Made by a program: the position numbers and the translations under genes | Notes under the pieces: generated by a model | What the model was told of the DNA's origin: nothing | The model's input: the letters and a program-made list of their open reading frames with translations, nothing else | Database searches by the model: none | In this document: positions 35,801 through 46,649 of the stretch, one piece after another | Layout of the letters: each line of letters opens with the position of its first letter | Numbering within the stretch: position 1 is the stretch's first letter | Assembly (NCBI GenBank): GCA_965644315.1 | Contig: CBFFRQ010000013.1 | Location: forward strand, 682,001-746,000 | Direction of reading: 5' to 3' | DNA length: 64,000 nt | Origin: Caecitellus pseudoparvulus | Taxonomy: Eukaryota; Protista; Bigyra: Bicosoecida

Positions 35801-38142
35801 TGCGGCCAGCTGACGGCGGCGTGCACTGCATCTTGCACCCTGCTCTGCAAGGGAGCCAGCTTGAACTCCACCCGCCGCGAACCCTCACTGGCATCTTGAA
35901 GGGACAGGTCAAGGGTAGACACGTCAGACAAGACAAATGCATGGACTTCCTGGGGGGACAGCGGGAAGTGCGAGGGGGCGTGGCCCGCTGCGCTGGGTGC
36001 GCACATTCGGGGCGTCACTTCTGAGGAGCTGTGGCCGCTGTCATCCACAGCGTCCACTCCACACGAGAGCCGGACAGCATCAAGCTGATCCTCAGATCCA
36101 GCCAATGACTCGGGCCCGGCGATGAATATGCTCTCCACCGTCGCAGTAGCACGGCTGGCATGCAGCGCCACCCGCCTCTGCTCCAGCATGGCATCCATGT
36201 CCTCACTGCTCAAGTTGTGGCCTCGCAGCAGCCGCAACTGCCGTCTTCGCAGCCGCTGGAGCTCTGCTTCTTCCCTTTGCTCATCCAACTGGGGCCGGTG
36301 CGCGCCACTGGCCCGCAGGCGGTCAGCTGCTGACCCGACCTGTGCCAGGAGCTCTGAACGGGAAGGCCGTGCTCGCAGCTTCCCCTTGGATGGTTTGAGG
36401 GCGTGGCGCTGGGGGAGCCTCGGTGCATCCAAGCGCACGTAGCGCGTGGGCGGCAGCGGGTAGATGCCCTCTAGCGTGGTCCAGTCATGCGCCATGACCT
36501 CTGCGAGGGTGGCTCGCTTCGCAGGGTCCGGCTCCAACATGTGCTGCAGGAGGTCTGTCAGGTGGGCTCCCAAGGACACAGGCCACTCGGGACGCACTCC
36601 GGCGGCATGCTTGGCGGCCAGCTCCAGCTCATTTGCTGCCATGATGGGGGGCGACCCCGTCACCAACATGAACAGTGTCGCACCCAGGGAGTACACGTCA
36701 GCCGCTCGCCCGGAGAAGGAGCAGGGGTCCTGGAACAGCTCTGGCGCCATGAACGCAGGCGTGCCGCGGGGTTCGTGCAGGACATCGTCGTAGTCGAAGT
36801 CAGAAGGTTGCTTTCCGACGAAGCTGTTGGCGGAGGGAGCGGCCTCCGGGGGCACGACCGCCGCTGTCCCGAAATCTGCCAGCTTTGCACCTTCCTCAGA
36901 CATGAGGATGTTGCTGGGCTTGATGTCCAGGTGCAGCACACGCTGGAAGTGCAGGTACTCCAGGCCCCGCAGGACATCACGAAAGCTTCGCCGCACCGTC
37001 TCCACGCTGAGACTTGCCTGCCCCTCCCTGTCCCCCATCAGCGGCCCCAGCGCCACGAACTCCTGCACCATGTACAGCTTGTCCTCCCCAGTCGCATTGA
37101 TTACTTCCAGCAACTGCACCACGTGCTTGTGCTGCAACTTCGTCATCACTTCTGCCTCTGCCATGAGCTGGGCATCTGTCAGGCCCAGCCGGCGCTTGCG
37201 CAGGGCAGCTTTGTCCACCACTTTCACGGCAACAGTGCGGAAAGCCGGCGAAGGGGACAGGTTCTTGCACAGGTACACTGTGCCGTACGCCCCTGCTCCG
37301 AGGCGCGACTGCACGACGTACTCGTTCCAGTGCAGGTGTCCCTTGCTGTCCTTATATGCGTGGATGGTGTGTGTTTCCCGCGCGTGCCGCTTGGAGGTTG
37401 ACACGAACTCCACGGAGCTCGCGCCAAGACTCAAGCCACTGGCGGCCACAGAGGCACGCAGCCGGCGGCGGTCCTCGGTCTCCCGCACAAACGTATCCAT
37501 GAGCCCCTCGATACCTGGGGACGCAGCACAAGCTTCCAAGTACGCAGCGCGGCTCAGCACCATGCACTCCACGGTGGGCGAGCGAGCGATGACGTGCGCG
37601 AGGCGGGGCTGGGACCGCATGACACTGTACTCGCCAAAGTGGTGCCCCGGGTGCAGTTTGGACAGCACCCTGTTCGGGCCACCGTCCTTGGGCGTCTCTT
37701 CGACGCTGACGGTGCCGCTGACGAGGATGAAGAACCTGTCGCCCTCTTCCCCTTGCCGCACTATGTGCTGGCCCTCCTCGAAGCTTTCCTCCGTCAAGCT
37801 GCCCAAGAAGACTTCCTGAGCGGCCTGAGAGAGACCTGCTGCTTGACACACACTTGTGATGACAGCGAACCAACTCTGCACTTCCACGGCTGGCGAGGCA
37901 GGCGTCTCGGATCCCTCCGGCCCAGGAGCGGCGGCCCCGCTTTCGTCCAGCGCCGACGCATCAGAAATCATTGCCAGGGCCTCGTCGTCGCCATAGATGG
38001 AACCATAGGAGGAGTCGGAGTCGGAATCAGATGCTAGCCCGGCCCCCGTGTGAGCGGGCACGGGAGGCGGCGCGACAACGCCTCCGCCCCCCGCACCAGG
38101 CACAGGACAAGGCGCACCCGTCACCTCCTCTCGCTTGTCCAT
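32884..38142 (-). CDS. cNMP-binding + CaMKK-like Ser/Thr kinase + PP2C phosphatase multidomain protein
   Basis: cNMP: IVRQGEEGDRFFIL..FGE..PRLA. Kinase: GAGAYG, VAVK, HLDIKPSN, DFG, GTPAFMAPE. PP2C: RTGMEDR, FDGHNG, ANAGDCRAVL, DHKP, SRAFGD, SDGLWD, DN. One uninterrupted 1757-codon frame. Confidence 0.88.
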   Translation of the reverse strand: MDKREEVTGAPCPVPGAGGGGVVAPPPVPAHTGAGLASDSDSDSSYGSIYGDDEALAMISDASALDESGAAAPGPEGSETPASPAVEVQSWFAVITSVCQAAGLSQAAQEVFLGSLTEESFEEGQHIVRQGEEGDRFFILVSGTVSVEETPKDGGPNRVLSKLHPGHHFGEYSVMRSQPRLAHVIARSPTVECMVLSRAAYLEACAASPGIEGLMDTFVRETEDRRRLRASVAASGLSLGASSVEFVSTSKRHARETHTIHAYKDSKGHLHWNEYVVQSRLGAGAYGTVYLCKNLSPSPAFRTVAVKVVDKAALRKRRLGLTDAQLMAEAEVMTKLQHKHVVQLLEVINATGEDKLYMVQEFVALGPLMGDREGQASLSVETVRRSFRDVLRGLEYLHFQRVLHLDIKPSNILMSEEGAKLADFGTAAVVPPEAAPSANSFVGKQPSDFDYDDVLHEPRGTPAFMAPELFQDPCSFSGRAADVYSLGATLFMLVTGSPPIMAANELELAAKHAAGVRPEWPVSLGAHLTDLLQHMLEPDPAKRATLAEVMAHDWTTLEGIYPLPPTRYVRLDAPRLPQRHALKPSKGKLRARPSRSELLAQVGSAADRLRASGAHRPQLDEQREEAELQRLRRRQLRLLRGHNLSSEDMDAMLEQRRVALHASRATATVESIFIAGPESLAGSEDQLDAVRLSCGVDAVDDSGHSSSEVTPRMCAPSAAGHAPSHFPLSPQEVHAFVLSDVSTLDLSLQDASEGSRRVEFKLAPLQSRVQDAVHAAVSWPHASSPAAATDAGGQERELGSPLSLGAALYGYQEDQRHRLARQSSAHSVLSLLSAAEVLVDTSEDDGGSGNSSSTTKHQQVRAALKHPKAAAAMRRNAPAVALEALGMLLGAPGPAEALWNTATSPRRLLAGSTLHAGARLRRSASAPAMHMFLQGPLQGGRVAHLRAGAAQVLERSPEWGAWAASGAAAEKAGGSEQHAAVLRLRKASIECALIQSARRSRVDAASGAAAAGGGALGVLGSGALLRTAGSFRSMASTQGAPSGAASRSSTPGRVDSTSTTTSAAVHVSQHLSTYTVAALTVGLQRCASFHACRQPTVPFPAARPSRRVVRRRHHLSVTAARDHSGSASGGVLSPASVPEAPPAAAMFEGLSAASVDSGRSLTRKEDFIMVKSGSGTTTEGGTVKKAVIFRAGGAGRLSIATTSGYGLGSGHEGDALSGSAADGGQKSMTRMRSRGRQTLKMRMKPDTSDDFAEASTESDSDSDFSDVVVAAAGSGGVADLDDFQGALDDMLGDAEADIADPDLLPLPDVRLEADSSTASTHSSSDVGVHAPSTSAGGRPTVDTAQTTDTPSAGAASEQLIALSAPESARNSSMGLVVGVAEDPGPRTGMEDRSMVLLDMAEQLGLEGAPETAYFGIFDGHNGDAVAEALAARLHLVLAAQGEFEDEGDMSTALEGAFAELDAEICEQQARASLQGTASAACAGATACVAVLRWQAVGAGGDLPAAPPTPRMAASEACTPPASAVGGFSFTDCAAGTGVRARGMSMGTASPPPPALAAALRRSQSAATSPVFGRCGRELVLYMANAGDCRAVLSHEGLAVNLTQDHKPKVEAEKARIEAAGGWIANGRLNGVLGVSRAFGDAEHKALRCQAAWGSEFSSDPLTAAPEVTGVVLCPGDEFLIIASDGLWDVLSSQEAVNFTRRFLVERSQDVQLAAAALVKKAMTLSTVDNTSVAIIGLNQAAQAPLASSGSES

Positions 38143-38725
38143 GCCGCTCCTTTCCAAAACCAGGACGTAAGACAGCCGAATCTGTTCGCGTTTCCCCGCG
38201 CCCTCAGCCGTGGCAACGCTTAGGCCCTGAGCTGCACTGTAGTTCGCAGTGGCGGAGCTGCCGAGTGTGGTGCCAGCACAAAATCCGCACAGCTACCAGC
38301 CTGAAGGCGCAGCGTGGAAGCCGGACAATCGCAAAGCGCGACTTGAATCGTAGTGACGGGTACGAGTAGAGGTGGGAATTTCGCCTGGTTGATTTGCTAA
38401 GACAACGACAAAGCGCCGAAATCGGTCAGCCCGATAAATTTAGTGGGGACGGGCAACTTGAGAGTCTCCGGGTCTTGTCTGAAATCTTGGGCTGCGGAAC
38501 TCAGGCCACTGTGTGCAGACCGCACGCTCGTGGACAAAACCGAGCACCCGCTGCATGAATCAGTAAGTGCTTCCCCTTCAGAGGAACAGTCTCGCTTTGC
38601 TGTTTGTGGGCAACAGCCTGGTTGGTCGTGTGAGGCAGCTTGTGAGCCTCGCTCAGGAGCGTTTGCAGGATTGGACTGATCGCGGCTCTTGTTTGGGCTG
38701 AGCGTGTACCTCTCCGAGAGTTCCA

Positions 38726-40841
38726 ATGGCCACTGGCTTCAGGCGCATTGCCAAGGCGATCGAAGCCCACCAAGCGGCGCTGTCCAGCTTGGACGGCGCT
38801 GACGCCGCTGCTGACCACGCCACCGTGCAAGCCATTGAGCAAGACGTGCAAGCAGTGTTGCAGCCAGCAGTGGAGCGCTTTGTAAAGCGCGCCCAAGAGA
38901 AAGACGAAGAGTCTCGCATTTATGGCCCGAAGATGGTCGCCAAGGTGAGGCCCGCGCGTGCTTTGGCGTGTCACATCCGCGTGCGGATTTTGCCGACAGT
39001 GAGGCAACGTGGCACACGCGGCTAGTACGTCATGTTTCGCGCTTGCATTGCTGGACTGCACAAGGCCTCCTCCATGTACCCAGATCAATGCCTTGGCGGC
39101 CGACTTTCAAGCCCTCCAGGCGGCTTTGGCCGCCCGTGCAGACACTGTTGCTTCCGAGGCAGCTGAAGCCGAGGCAAGAGCTGCGGCCGCTGCCGCAGCT
39201 GCAGAGGCTGAGCGAGTTGCCGTGCTGGAGCGGGAAGCCGCAGACCGGGCACTGGAGCGTGAGCAGCTGGCAGCTGAGCGCCAAGCCGCGAAAGCTGCCG
39301 CCGAGGCAGCCTCTGCTGAGAGCGTTGCGCTCGCCGACCAGCAAGCTGCCCGCCTGGCTGAGGCCAAAGCCGCCCGCGAAGCGGCACGTTTGGCAGAGGA
39401 AGAAGCATACAAGGAGCAGCAGCGCGAAGCCGCTCGTCAGAAGGAGCGCGAGGAGATGCAGCGCATGGCGGAGCAGCAGGCAGCTCGCCGAAGGCGTGCT
39501 GAGGCGGTGCTGGAGGCGGAGGCGAGGCGGGCAGCAGAGACGGGCGTTGCCCTGTCGGCACAGGGCCTGCAAGTGGGCCAAGTGAACGCAGTGGGGAGTC
39601 TTGCAGAACTGGATGGCGCCATCCAGGCAGCTTCTAGCGACCACATCCCGCTTGTGGTGGATTTCTTCGCCCCCTGGTGTGGGCCCTGTGTCCGCTTCGC
39701 GCCGCTGTTCGAAGCAGCGGCCAGCTCCAACCGCTCTGCGCTGTTCGTGAAGGTGAACTGCGATGCTGCTGCAGGTGTCTCTGCAGCCAAGCAGGTGCGG
39801 GCCTTCCCCACCTTCCACGTGTACGTGAGGGGGCAGCTACACACACAGTGGAGTGGTGCGGACCCGCAGAGGCTGCAGAGCGCGCTGCAGAGCGCTCTCG
39901 CGGCAGAAGAGGACGCGACCATGCAAGATGCCATGCGGCTGAGCATGGGCGATGGAGAAGTGGGCGCCTCCACCCCGCCCTCCGGCGCGGCTTCTGCCAC
40001 CGCATTGCCCGAATACGCACGCCTAGCCGACTCGCTGGCCCGGCGCCCAGCCGGAGGAGTCGTGGCAAAGCTTGCCAAGGCGCTGGACCTCCCCCAGTTC
40101 ACGGCTGCGGTCAAGGTGCTCCGGGCGTACGTGAAGAATGTCACAGAGCCTGCTAAGCGGGCAGACGAAAAGTACCGCACCATCAATGCTAGCAACGCGG
40201 CGTTCCAGGACAGGCTTGGCAAGCATGGCGACCTGGCAACGTTGGCCATGACCACCATTGGCTTCTCTCTAAGCAGTGATGGGAATTGGACCCTGCCTTT
40301 AGGCAACAGCGTGGGCGAAGCGGCAGCCGCTGACGCTCGCCCCGTGCTTGAGGCAGCTGTTCGCAACGCACTGGACGCAGCTCAGCCCCAGCCTTCCTTT
40401 GCTCCCGTCCCCACGGCGCCAAGCCGGCTAGGCTCACCTAGTGCAGGTGGTGGTGGGGGCTTGCAAGGTCTCCTGGCGAACCCAGGCATGATGGCAGCCG
40501 CACAGCAGTTCATGGGCGGTGGCGGCTTGGACCCAGGTATGCTGCAGCAGCTTGCAGGCAACCCCCAACTCGCGGCTATGGCACAGCAATTCCTCGGAGG
40601 CGGCGGTCCTGGGGGTGGCCTTGATCCCAGTGTATTGGCTGCAGCACAGGCAATGATGGGGGGCGCCGCCCCTGTGCAGCCCCCAGCCCCAGCCCCAGCC
40701 CCAGCGCGTGCAGCGCCCCAAGTCTCCCCACCTGCCGCAGCTGGCTCGGGCGGCTCAGGCGAAGACGGTGATGTCAGCGACTCCGAGCTGCATGCTGCTG
40801 TGTTTGCTGGTTTGTCTGGGCCAGATGAGGACGCCGTCTAA
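38726..40841 (+). CDS. Coiled-coil + thioredoxin + UIM + PUB-domain protein
   Basis: DFFAPWCGPC, EEDATMQDAMRLSM, YVKNV..EKYRTIN.SN.AF..IGF and NP.M/L Gly-Met repeats. Intron 38945-39083. Confidence 0.75.
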
Positions 40842-40891
40842 GTCCGGGTGAACCACAGCCACCACTCCATTCTTGTACGCAATGCATGCAT

Positions 40892-42697
40892 TTACTGAGC
40901 AGCCTGAGCGGCCTGGGACCCACCCTGCGCCACTGTGACAGCTCCCTGAGTGCTACTGCGCAACTCCTCTGGCAGAGTGGAGTCCAGGTGCCCCTTTACG
41001 TAGAGCGAGATGGCAGTGTCTGCCAGCGTCTGCTCCAGTGGGCGGAAGTGCACGGCGAGCTCCCAGGCTCGCTCCTTGCTCCAAAAGGCTTGCACGTTGG
41101 GGGGCGGGCCGGCATCCTTCAGGGTCGGCACCCCGCCTCGCATGCTTGGGGAAAGCGCTCCCGCGAGGGACTTCACAATGGCTTCATAAGGCCAGCAGTC
41201 TGCAATGCATAGGTACCTGCCGGAAGCCTTGGGGTCTTCCATAGCAGCGATGTGCATCTGTGCGACATCTCGAACGTCCACGAGGCACTTGGTTGCGTTG
41301 GGTATGGTGGTCTTCTCGCCGTTGAGCAAGTCAGCCATCTGTGCACATGACACATTCAGAGCGTCCTGCAGCATGGGCCCCACAACAAGGGTGGGTGCAA
41401 TGACCACCAACTCACAGGGGCGTCCCTGGCCTGCCATGTGCGGGCCAAGGATGCTCCAGGCTTGCCGTTCAGCAAGGACTTTGCTGAGAGCATAGTGCTT
41501 CTCACCCGCGCGCAAGTAGTCAACGTCACTCCAGTCATCTTCGTCGTATACATGGTCCGGGGCACGTTCATCTAGGTACACAGCGGCCGTGGACGAAGTG
41601 AGGATAACACGCGACACGCTGGGTGTTGAGATGGCAGCGTTGCACACAGTTGTGGTGCCCTGCACAGCTGGCCTGACGAGCGCCTCTTCACCGTCAGCGT
41701 ACCCAGAGAGAAAGAAAGGGGACGCGGTGTGAAAGACTGCCGTGCACCCTTGCATGGCAGTCACAAAGGCAGCCTCCTCGCCCATAAGGTCCGCCTCGAA
41801 CAGCTTGAGGCGCGTGGATGCTCCTGGCATGCGCAGCAGGTGACGGAGCTTGCTTTCATCCCCAGTGGACCGCACAGTCCCATGGACAGTGTAGCCACTT
41901 TGCAGCAGCTGAAGTGCTATGTGGGAGGCGATGTACCCAGTGGCTCCCGTGATGCAGACTGGCCCTTTCACTGAAGACTGCCCACTCTCCTGAACCTTGC
42001 CCAACAAATGCACCACACAAGCCTTGCCCTGCTCGGAGCCGCACCGATCAGCGAGGCCAGAAAGGAATGGCACGGCGAACGCTTGTTGTGCGGTCGCCTG
42101 AGGCGCCAGGCACTGTATGCAGGCCAGAGTGCCAAAGATCGCTGCATCGGTGGTGCTCACAGGGCCAGCTCTCTGGGCCAAGTCAGACACAGCACGTGAA
42201 AGGAGCGACAGGGCAATGCTGACATCAGGCTCATCGCTGACAGATGAACTTGCAGTAGGCACCCCCAACGAAATGCGTGAGTCCCCGCCAGGGCCTGTGC
42301 TAGTGACAAACACGCCTGCAGCAGCTTGGGCGTGGTGCAGTGCAGCAGAAGCACAGGCAAACGCTGCCGACTCTGCCGCAGTCAGGGCTTGCCTGCACAG
42401 GAAGGGCGCCACCTGGGGTGCATGAACGTGGGGCCTGCTTCTACCCAATCAGGTTCTTCGCACTGACTCTGACAGGTACTGCAGTGCAGCAGGCATGGAG
42501 CTCACGCTGGCTTGGGTCGAGTTGTTCACGAGCAGAGGAAGCGCCGCAACTCCACCAGGAATGGCTTCAGACATGGAGTTGGCTGTTTCCACCGAGACCA
42601 TGACATCATCGAAGGGTTTATCTTGCTCGTGAAGCAGCAGGGCAACGCCCATGCCGCCGTGTACGTCGTGGTCTGCCTCCAGCCTGGACAGCTCCAT
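40892..42697 (-). CDS. NAD(P)-dependent aldehyde reductase (DFR/CCR-like extended SDR) with N-terminal GST-like extension
   Basis: CITGATGYIA, VHGTVR, VFHTASP, TSSTAA, YALSK, VDVRDVA. An intron 42463-42413 would join the upstream ORF 42449-42697 in frame. Confidence 0.8.
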
Positions 42698-42866
42698 GGT
42701 CGTTCTTGGCGGAGGAGGTGAGAGGGTTGGCTAGCGTCGCTGGGTCAGGCAATCGCAGACATACATTCAAAGTCGGTGACACTTCCTTCAAGTGGATAGT
42801 TTCGATTTGGCCCGCGCACCAGCGAGCCAGGGCAGCAAGCGCGCTCCCACATTCTGCGCATGGGCT

Positions 42867-45800
42867 TCAAGCAGAGGTCAGCTGTTCAGAGATCTTGGCA
42901 CTCTCTTCGGCAATGACCGCATTGGCCTGGAAGCGAGACGCGGCAAGGGCGACCATTTGCATAGCTTGAGTGCCCCGCATGGCGGAGCGGCCTTCTGGGC
43001 TCAGTGACAAGTTCCCCAGCGTCGCTGCTGCCCCCTCCGCCACTGCCTCCAGCTGGATGAAGGAGTTGAGCACGCTCACTGCTGCTGCAACGCAGCCAGC
43101 ATCCACCAACACTGAGTGGTGCTCTTGCTCCGCCGAGATGTTGCACAGTGCATCGCACGCAGTCTGTGCAATTTGGGCGTCCCGTGCGTTGCGCTCCAGG
43201 CACCTGAGGATGCTGTCAATGCCACCCGCCTCCACAACAGCAAGGCAGTGCCCCGTCGCTGAGAGGTTGCACAGGACTGCCATGGTGGTGTGTGCCACAC
43301 ACGAGACGACACCCAAAGGCCCTTCCATCAGCGCCACGACTGCCTTGGACAAGAGCAACGCATCACCCTCGTGGATGGTGCTCGCTGTGCCTCCAGCATG
43401 GACGACCAGGCAGGACAGCGCCCCACAGGCTGCCCCCACAGCTGTGGCATCTGCCCCTTCTTGCCCTGCTAGTCCAAGGAGCGTGCCCATGAAACCCTGC
43501 TCGACAAGGGCGTGTCGATTGGCCTCTGATGCCGCCAAGGCGTGCACTGTGGCGCAGATGTGCTCGCCCACCCCGGCGTCGTCGGGGAACGCCCCCGCTG
43601 CGCCCTGCAGAGCCTGCAGCACCGGCGGAACCAGCAACATACTGTGTGTTCCGCCGTGCAATGCAAGCGCCCGCAGCACGGCAAGCGCCCTGCGTGTGAC
43701 GGCAACCTCCCTGGCAAACGCACCGAGAGTGGTGAGGAGGGCTTCAAGCACCTCAAACTCAGCAACCATGCGTAGGCGGTTCGCTGGGAGCAAGGCAACG
43801 TTCTGTAGAGCACACACAGCAGCCTCAGCGATGGAAGCACTCTCTGGGTAGCTCTGCATGGCGTTCACGATGACCTTCACGCCACCCTTCGCACACAGAA
43901 GCGTCTGAGCGGACTCCGTCAGAGCCAGATTTCGCAGGCCCACGCAGCCAGCTCGCACGATCTTCTCGTTCTCGATGCTGTTCTGGACGCTTGCAAGGAT
44001 GGCATGCAGTGCACCATTCTTCACCAGCATTTCCTCGTTGGCAGGTGCTGCGGAGAGGTTGGCGAGGGCCCACAGCACCTGCTCCACGACACTGTCCTCC
44101 TCGCCATACCGAGCCAAGGACGAGAGCAAGAAGGGCACCGCACCTTCCTTTGGAAGAGCTTGCTTCCCTTCCTCGTGCACAGACAGGTTTCGCAGCATCC
44201 AGACGGCGCACCCGACAATGTCTGGGGAAGCGATGTGCTGCGATGCAGCCCCACATACGGTGGCCACGCCCCCCGCCGCAACGATTGACAGCTGGGAAGA
44301 GGGGGCAATGGCCAAGTTGCGCAGGGCACCTGACCCAGAGTGCACCACGCCCGGTGAAGCGCTGTGCCGGTCGATGGAGGCGACGATTGCCTGGAACCCG
44401 CGCGCCGCCTGCACGCGCTCCTCGTTTGCGTCGTCGTAAGCGAGGGCCCACAAAATGCGGTTGGAGCACTGCGACACGGTGGCGTCGTCGACGTGGGTGC
44501 GCAATGCAGCCACGACGGACTCCACGCCTGACAGAGCAGCAATGGTTTGCGGGTTGCCCTCCTCGGAGCACACGTTGGAGAGCAGGCCCGTGCAGGCAGC
44601 GACGATGACGGGGTCGGCGACGTGCCGGGTCAGCGCGCCCAGAGCCGCCGCAATGCCACCTCCTTCAACGACGGCAGCCCTGGAGTCTTCGTGCACGGTC
44701 AAGTTGCGCAGCGCTGAAGTTGCCACACGCACGACGGAAGGGTCAACTGCGTGGCGGGCCACCACCTGCAAGCAGGCCTTTGCAGCTGCTGGGAGGGAGC
44801 CAGGGGGCACCTCACCAGTCATGACAGTGACTGTGTTGATCATGCCACAGGCTTGGGCAGCCACGCCTGGGTGTGAGATGAATCGCGTGATGGCGGCGGT
44901 GGCGCTGGCCAGCCCACCGCCTTTGACGAGCGCAAGCTTGTTGGCTGGGAAGTCAATGGCCACATTGTGCAACGCACCACACGCGCCTTCTGCCACAGAA
45001 GAGTCGCTGCTGTGCGCCCGCAAGCAATCCAGCAGCACTGTGATGCCGTCGACAGCCGCAAGGGTGGGGCGGTTGGCCTTGGTCTCCGCCAGGGACCACA
45101 GGATGGCGCAGGCATCCCGGGCAATGTCCAGGTCGTGCACATGGCGCTTCATGAAGTCCAGCACTGCGTCGATTCCACCCGAGCGAGCGATGCCTTCCTG
45201 CATGTCCGCATTCAAACTGGCGTTGGACAGCGCCTGCAACACAGCACGTACCACCCCCGCATCTGGGGCATGCCGCAGCCCAGCAGTCAGCAGCACAGCA
45301 GCCCCCTGCTGGGCAGCAATGGAGGAGCGAGGCTCTGCGGGGCGGCGACAGGGAATGCGTGGAGTTGCGGGCTTCTGCTCAAGGCAAGTCAGGCCACCAC
45401 GCCATGTGCGCTCACCCTCTTGCATGGCTGCCATGGCCAGGAGGCTTGCCGCGGCCTCCACGAGCCTTGGCTCCGCTGCATGGCGAGCCAAGGCATGCAC
45501 TGTCATCGGGATGCCATCTGCTGCAAGGAAACCAGCCTTGTTCTCTGCACACCGGGAGCGGAGGCGCGGGCAATGTAACAGCAAAACGCCGTGGCTTCGT
45601 CGGCGCCGCTGCACACACCCTCGCAGTCGACACTGAGGTTGAGCAGCGCCAGGCACACCGCTAACACTGTGCTTGCCGAGGTCTTGTGGCGGCTGCCCAG
45701 GCTGACGAGGAGGGCCATCCCTGTCGAAGTCTTGGCAACTTGCCCCCGAATGTCGCCTGCGAATCGGCGGCAGCAGGCACGTGAAGCTCTTGCTGCCCCG

Positions 45801-46170
45801 ACACGGCGCGCCCGAGGCTCCAGCAAGTCCGCACCTGAGTTACATGCAGCTACAGCGGCTAGCTTCCTGCACAGAGCCTGGACGGTGCCCTCATCGGCAG
45901 CAATGCTGTCCAATTGACCAAACATTTCGGCAGCGCTGTGCTTGCTGCTCTGCAGCGCGTGGCCCGAGCCGGCGCCCGCACTGCGGGCTGTGTCCACTTC
46001 CTTGGACTCATCCAGGGAGTTCACAGACCCTGCGCAGAGGAGGGGCTTTGTCAGCGTGCAGCGGTGCTGGGCGCGTGTGCGAGCAATCTCCGCATCTCGC
46101 CCTGAGCGCACTGGCGGAACGCACCGAAGAGCACGGCTGCATCTTCGAACCTGACGCTGGAGGCAGCCAT
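42867..46170 (-). CDS. Large armadillo-repeat protein
   Basis: About 17 repeats of A..AL.NL....N...I...GG. 5' part multi-exon, so the start is approximate. Confidence 0.8.
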
Positions 46171-46649
46171 GGGACCATTCAGTGGAGCCCCCCCCTGCTG
46201 CCTTTCCAGGCCGTGAAAGGCGAGAGACTGTCTCTGCGCCAGGCAGTGGAAAAGAAACGTCGCAGCGGCCAGCAACAGCGGAGTTTGGGATGCGCCTCGC
46301 GAGGCGAAGCAGGCAACACGAGGAGGGAGAGCCAGGCACGTGTTGCATGAGTTCTCCAAATGGGGTGCAGTATGTTGTGTCGGCGTGAGGACGTTGGTTG
46401 TCTCGATGGCAGGATTCGGCATGGCGTGATTCGCTGGCGTTGCACGGCACTTGTGTGCCCAGTCCACAACCAAGCAATGCGGGTCATCCTCTGTCAATGA
46501 CCGGGCGTCCATGCGACGATTCTTCAATCGATCTCGGGTGCAACATCTCTCTGCTGCCGAAAGGTGTGCTGCCGCTCACACGCACGGCTTCCGGCTGGCT
46601 TCACTGTGTATGAGGCCAGGCCAGCTAGGCAGCAAACCAGGCTTTCACG

